64,000 nucleotides of DNA from Thalia democratica. Lineage: Eukaryota. The position numbers and the translations under genes are program-made. Under the pieces are notes generated by a model. The model made no database searches, was not told where the DNA came from, and saw nothing but the letters and a program-made list of their open reading frames with translations. Shown here in pieces: positions 63,976-64,000 of the stretch (within the stretch, counting starts at the first letter, position 1; every line of letters starts with the position of its first letter). Where the stretch lies: positions 39,122,001 through 39,186,000 of the forward strand of contig OZ241830.1 of the NCBI GenBank assembly GCA_965202585.1, written 5' to 3'.

Positions 63976-64000
63976 GTGAAGGAGGTTTTTAAATTTATCT

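Overview
AT-rich eukaryotic (metazoan invertebrate) genomic DNA with GT-AG spliceosomal introns. A tunicate-like genome is plausible but is inference only. No prokaryotic operons, CRISPR arrays, rRNA or tRNA were seen. Three protein-coding genes were assembled by hand: (1) a 7-exon MS4A/CD20-like four-TM protein (+, 2390-7797, ~271 aa); (2) a 6-exon DDI1 aspartyl protease (-, 14240-11038, ~426 aa) that keeps a UBA domain, appears to lack most of the helical HDD domain and carries a duplicated linker exon; (3) a 2-exon multi-TM PGAP2IP/CWH43-like protein (-, 46777-42972, ~800 aa) whose C-terminal EEP domain keeps a full canonical catalytic motif set, unlike the degenerate animal and fungal CWH43. 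The rest is gene-poor. It holds non-autonomous DNA transposons (a 3.4-kb hAT-like element with an 8-bp TSD, a mariner-like foldback, several MITEs), two dispersed repeat families, a duplicated promoter/enhancer-like module, an orphan CCAAT/TATA promoter and candidate RNA hairpins, the best at 37351-37436 on the minus strand. All alignments and splice models are by eye and need RNA-seq and database confirmation.
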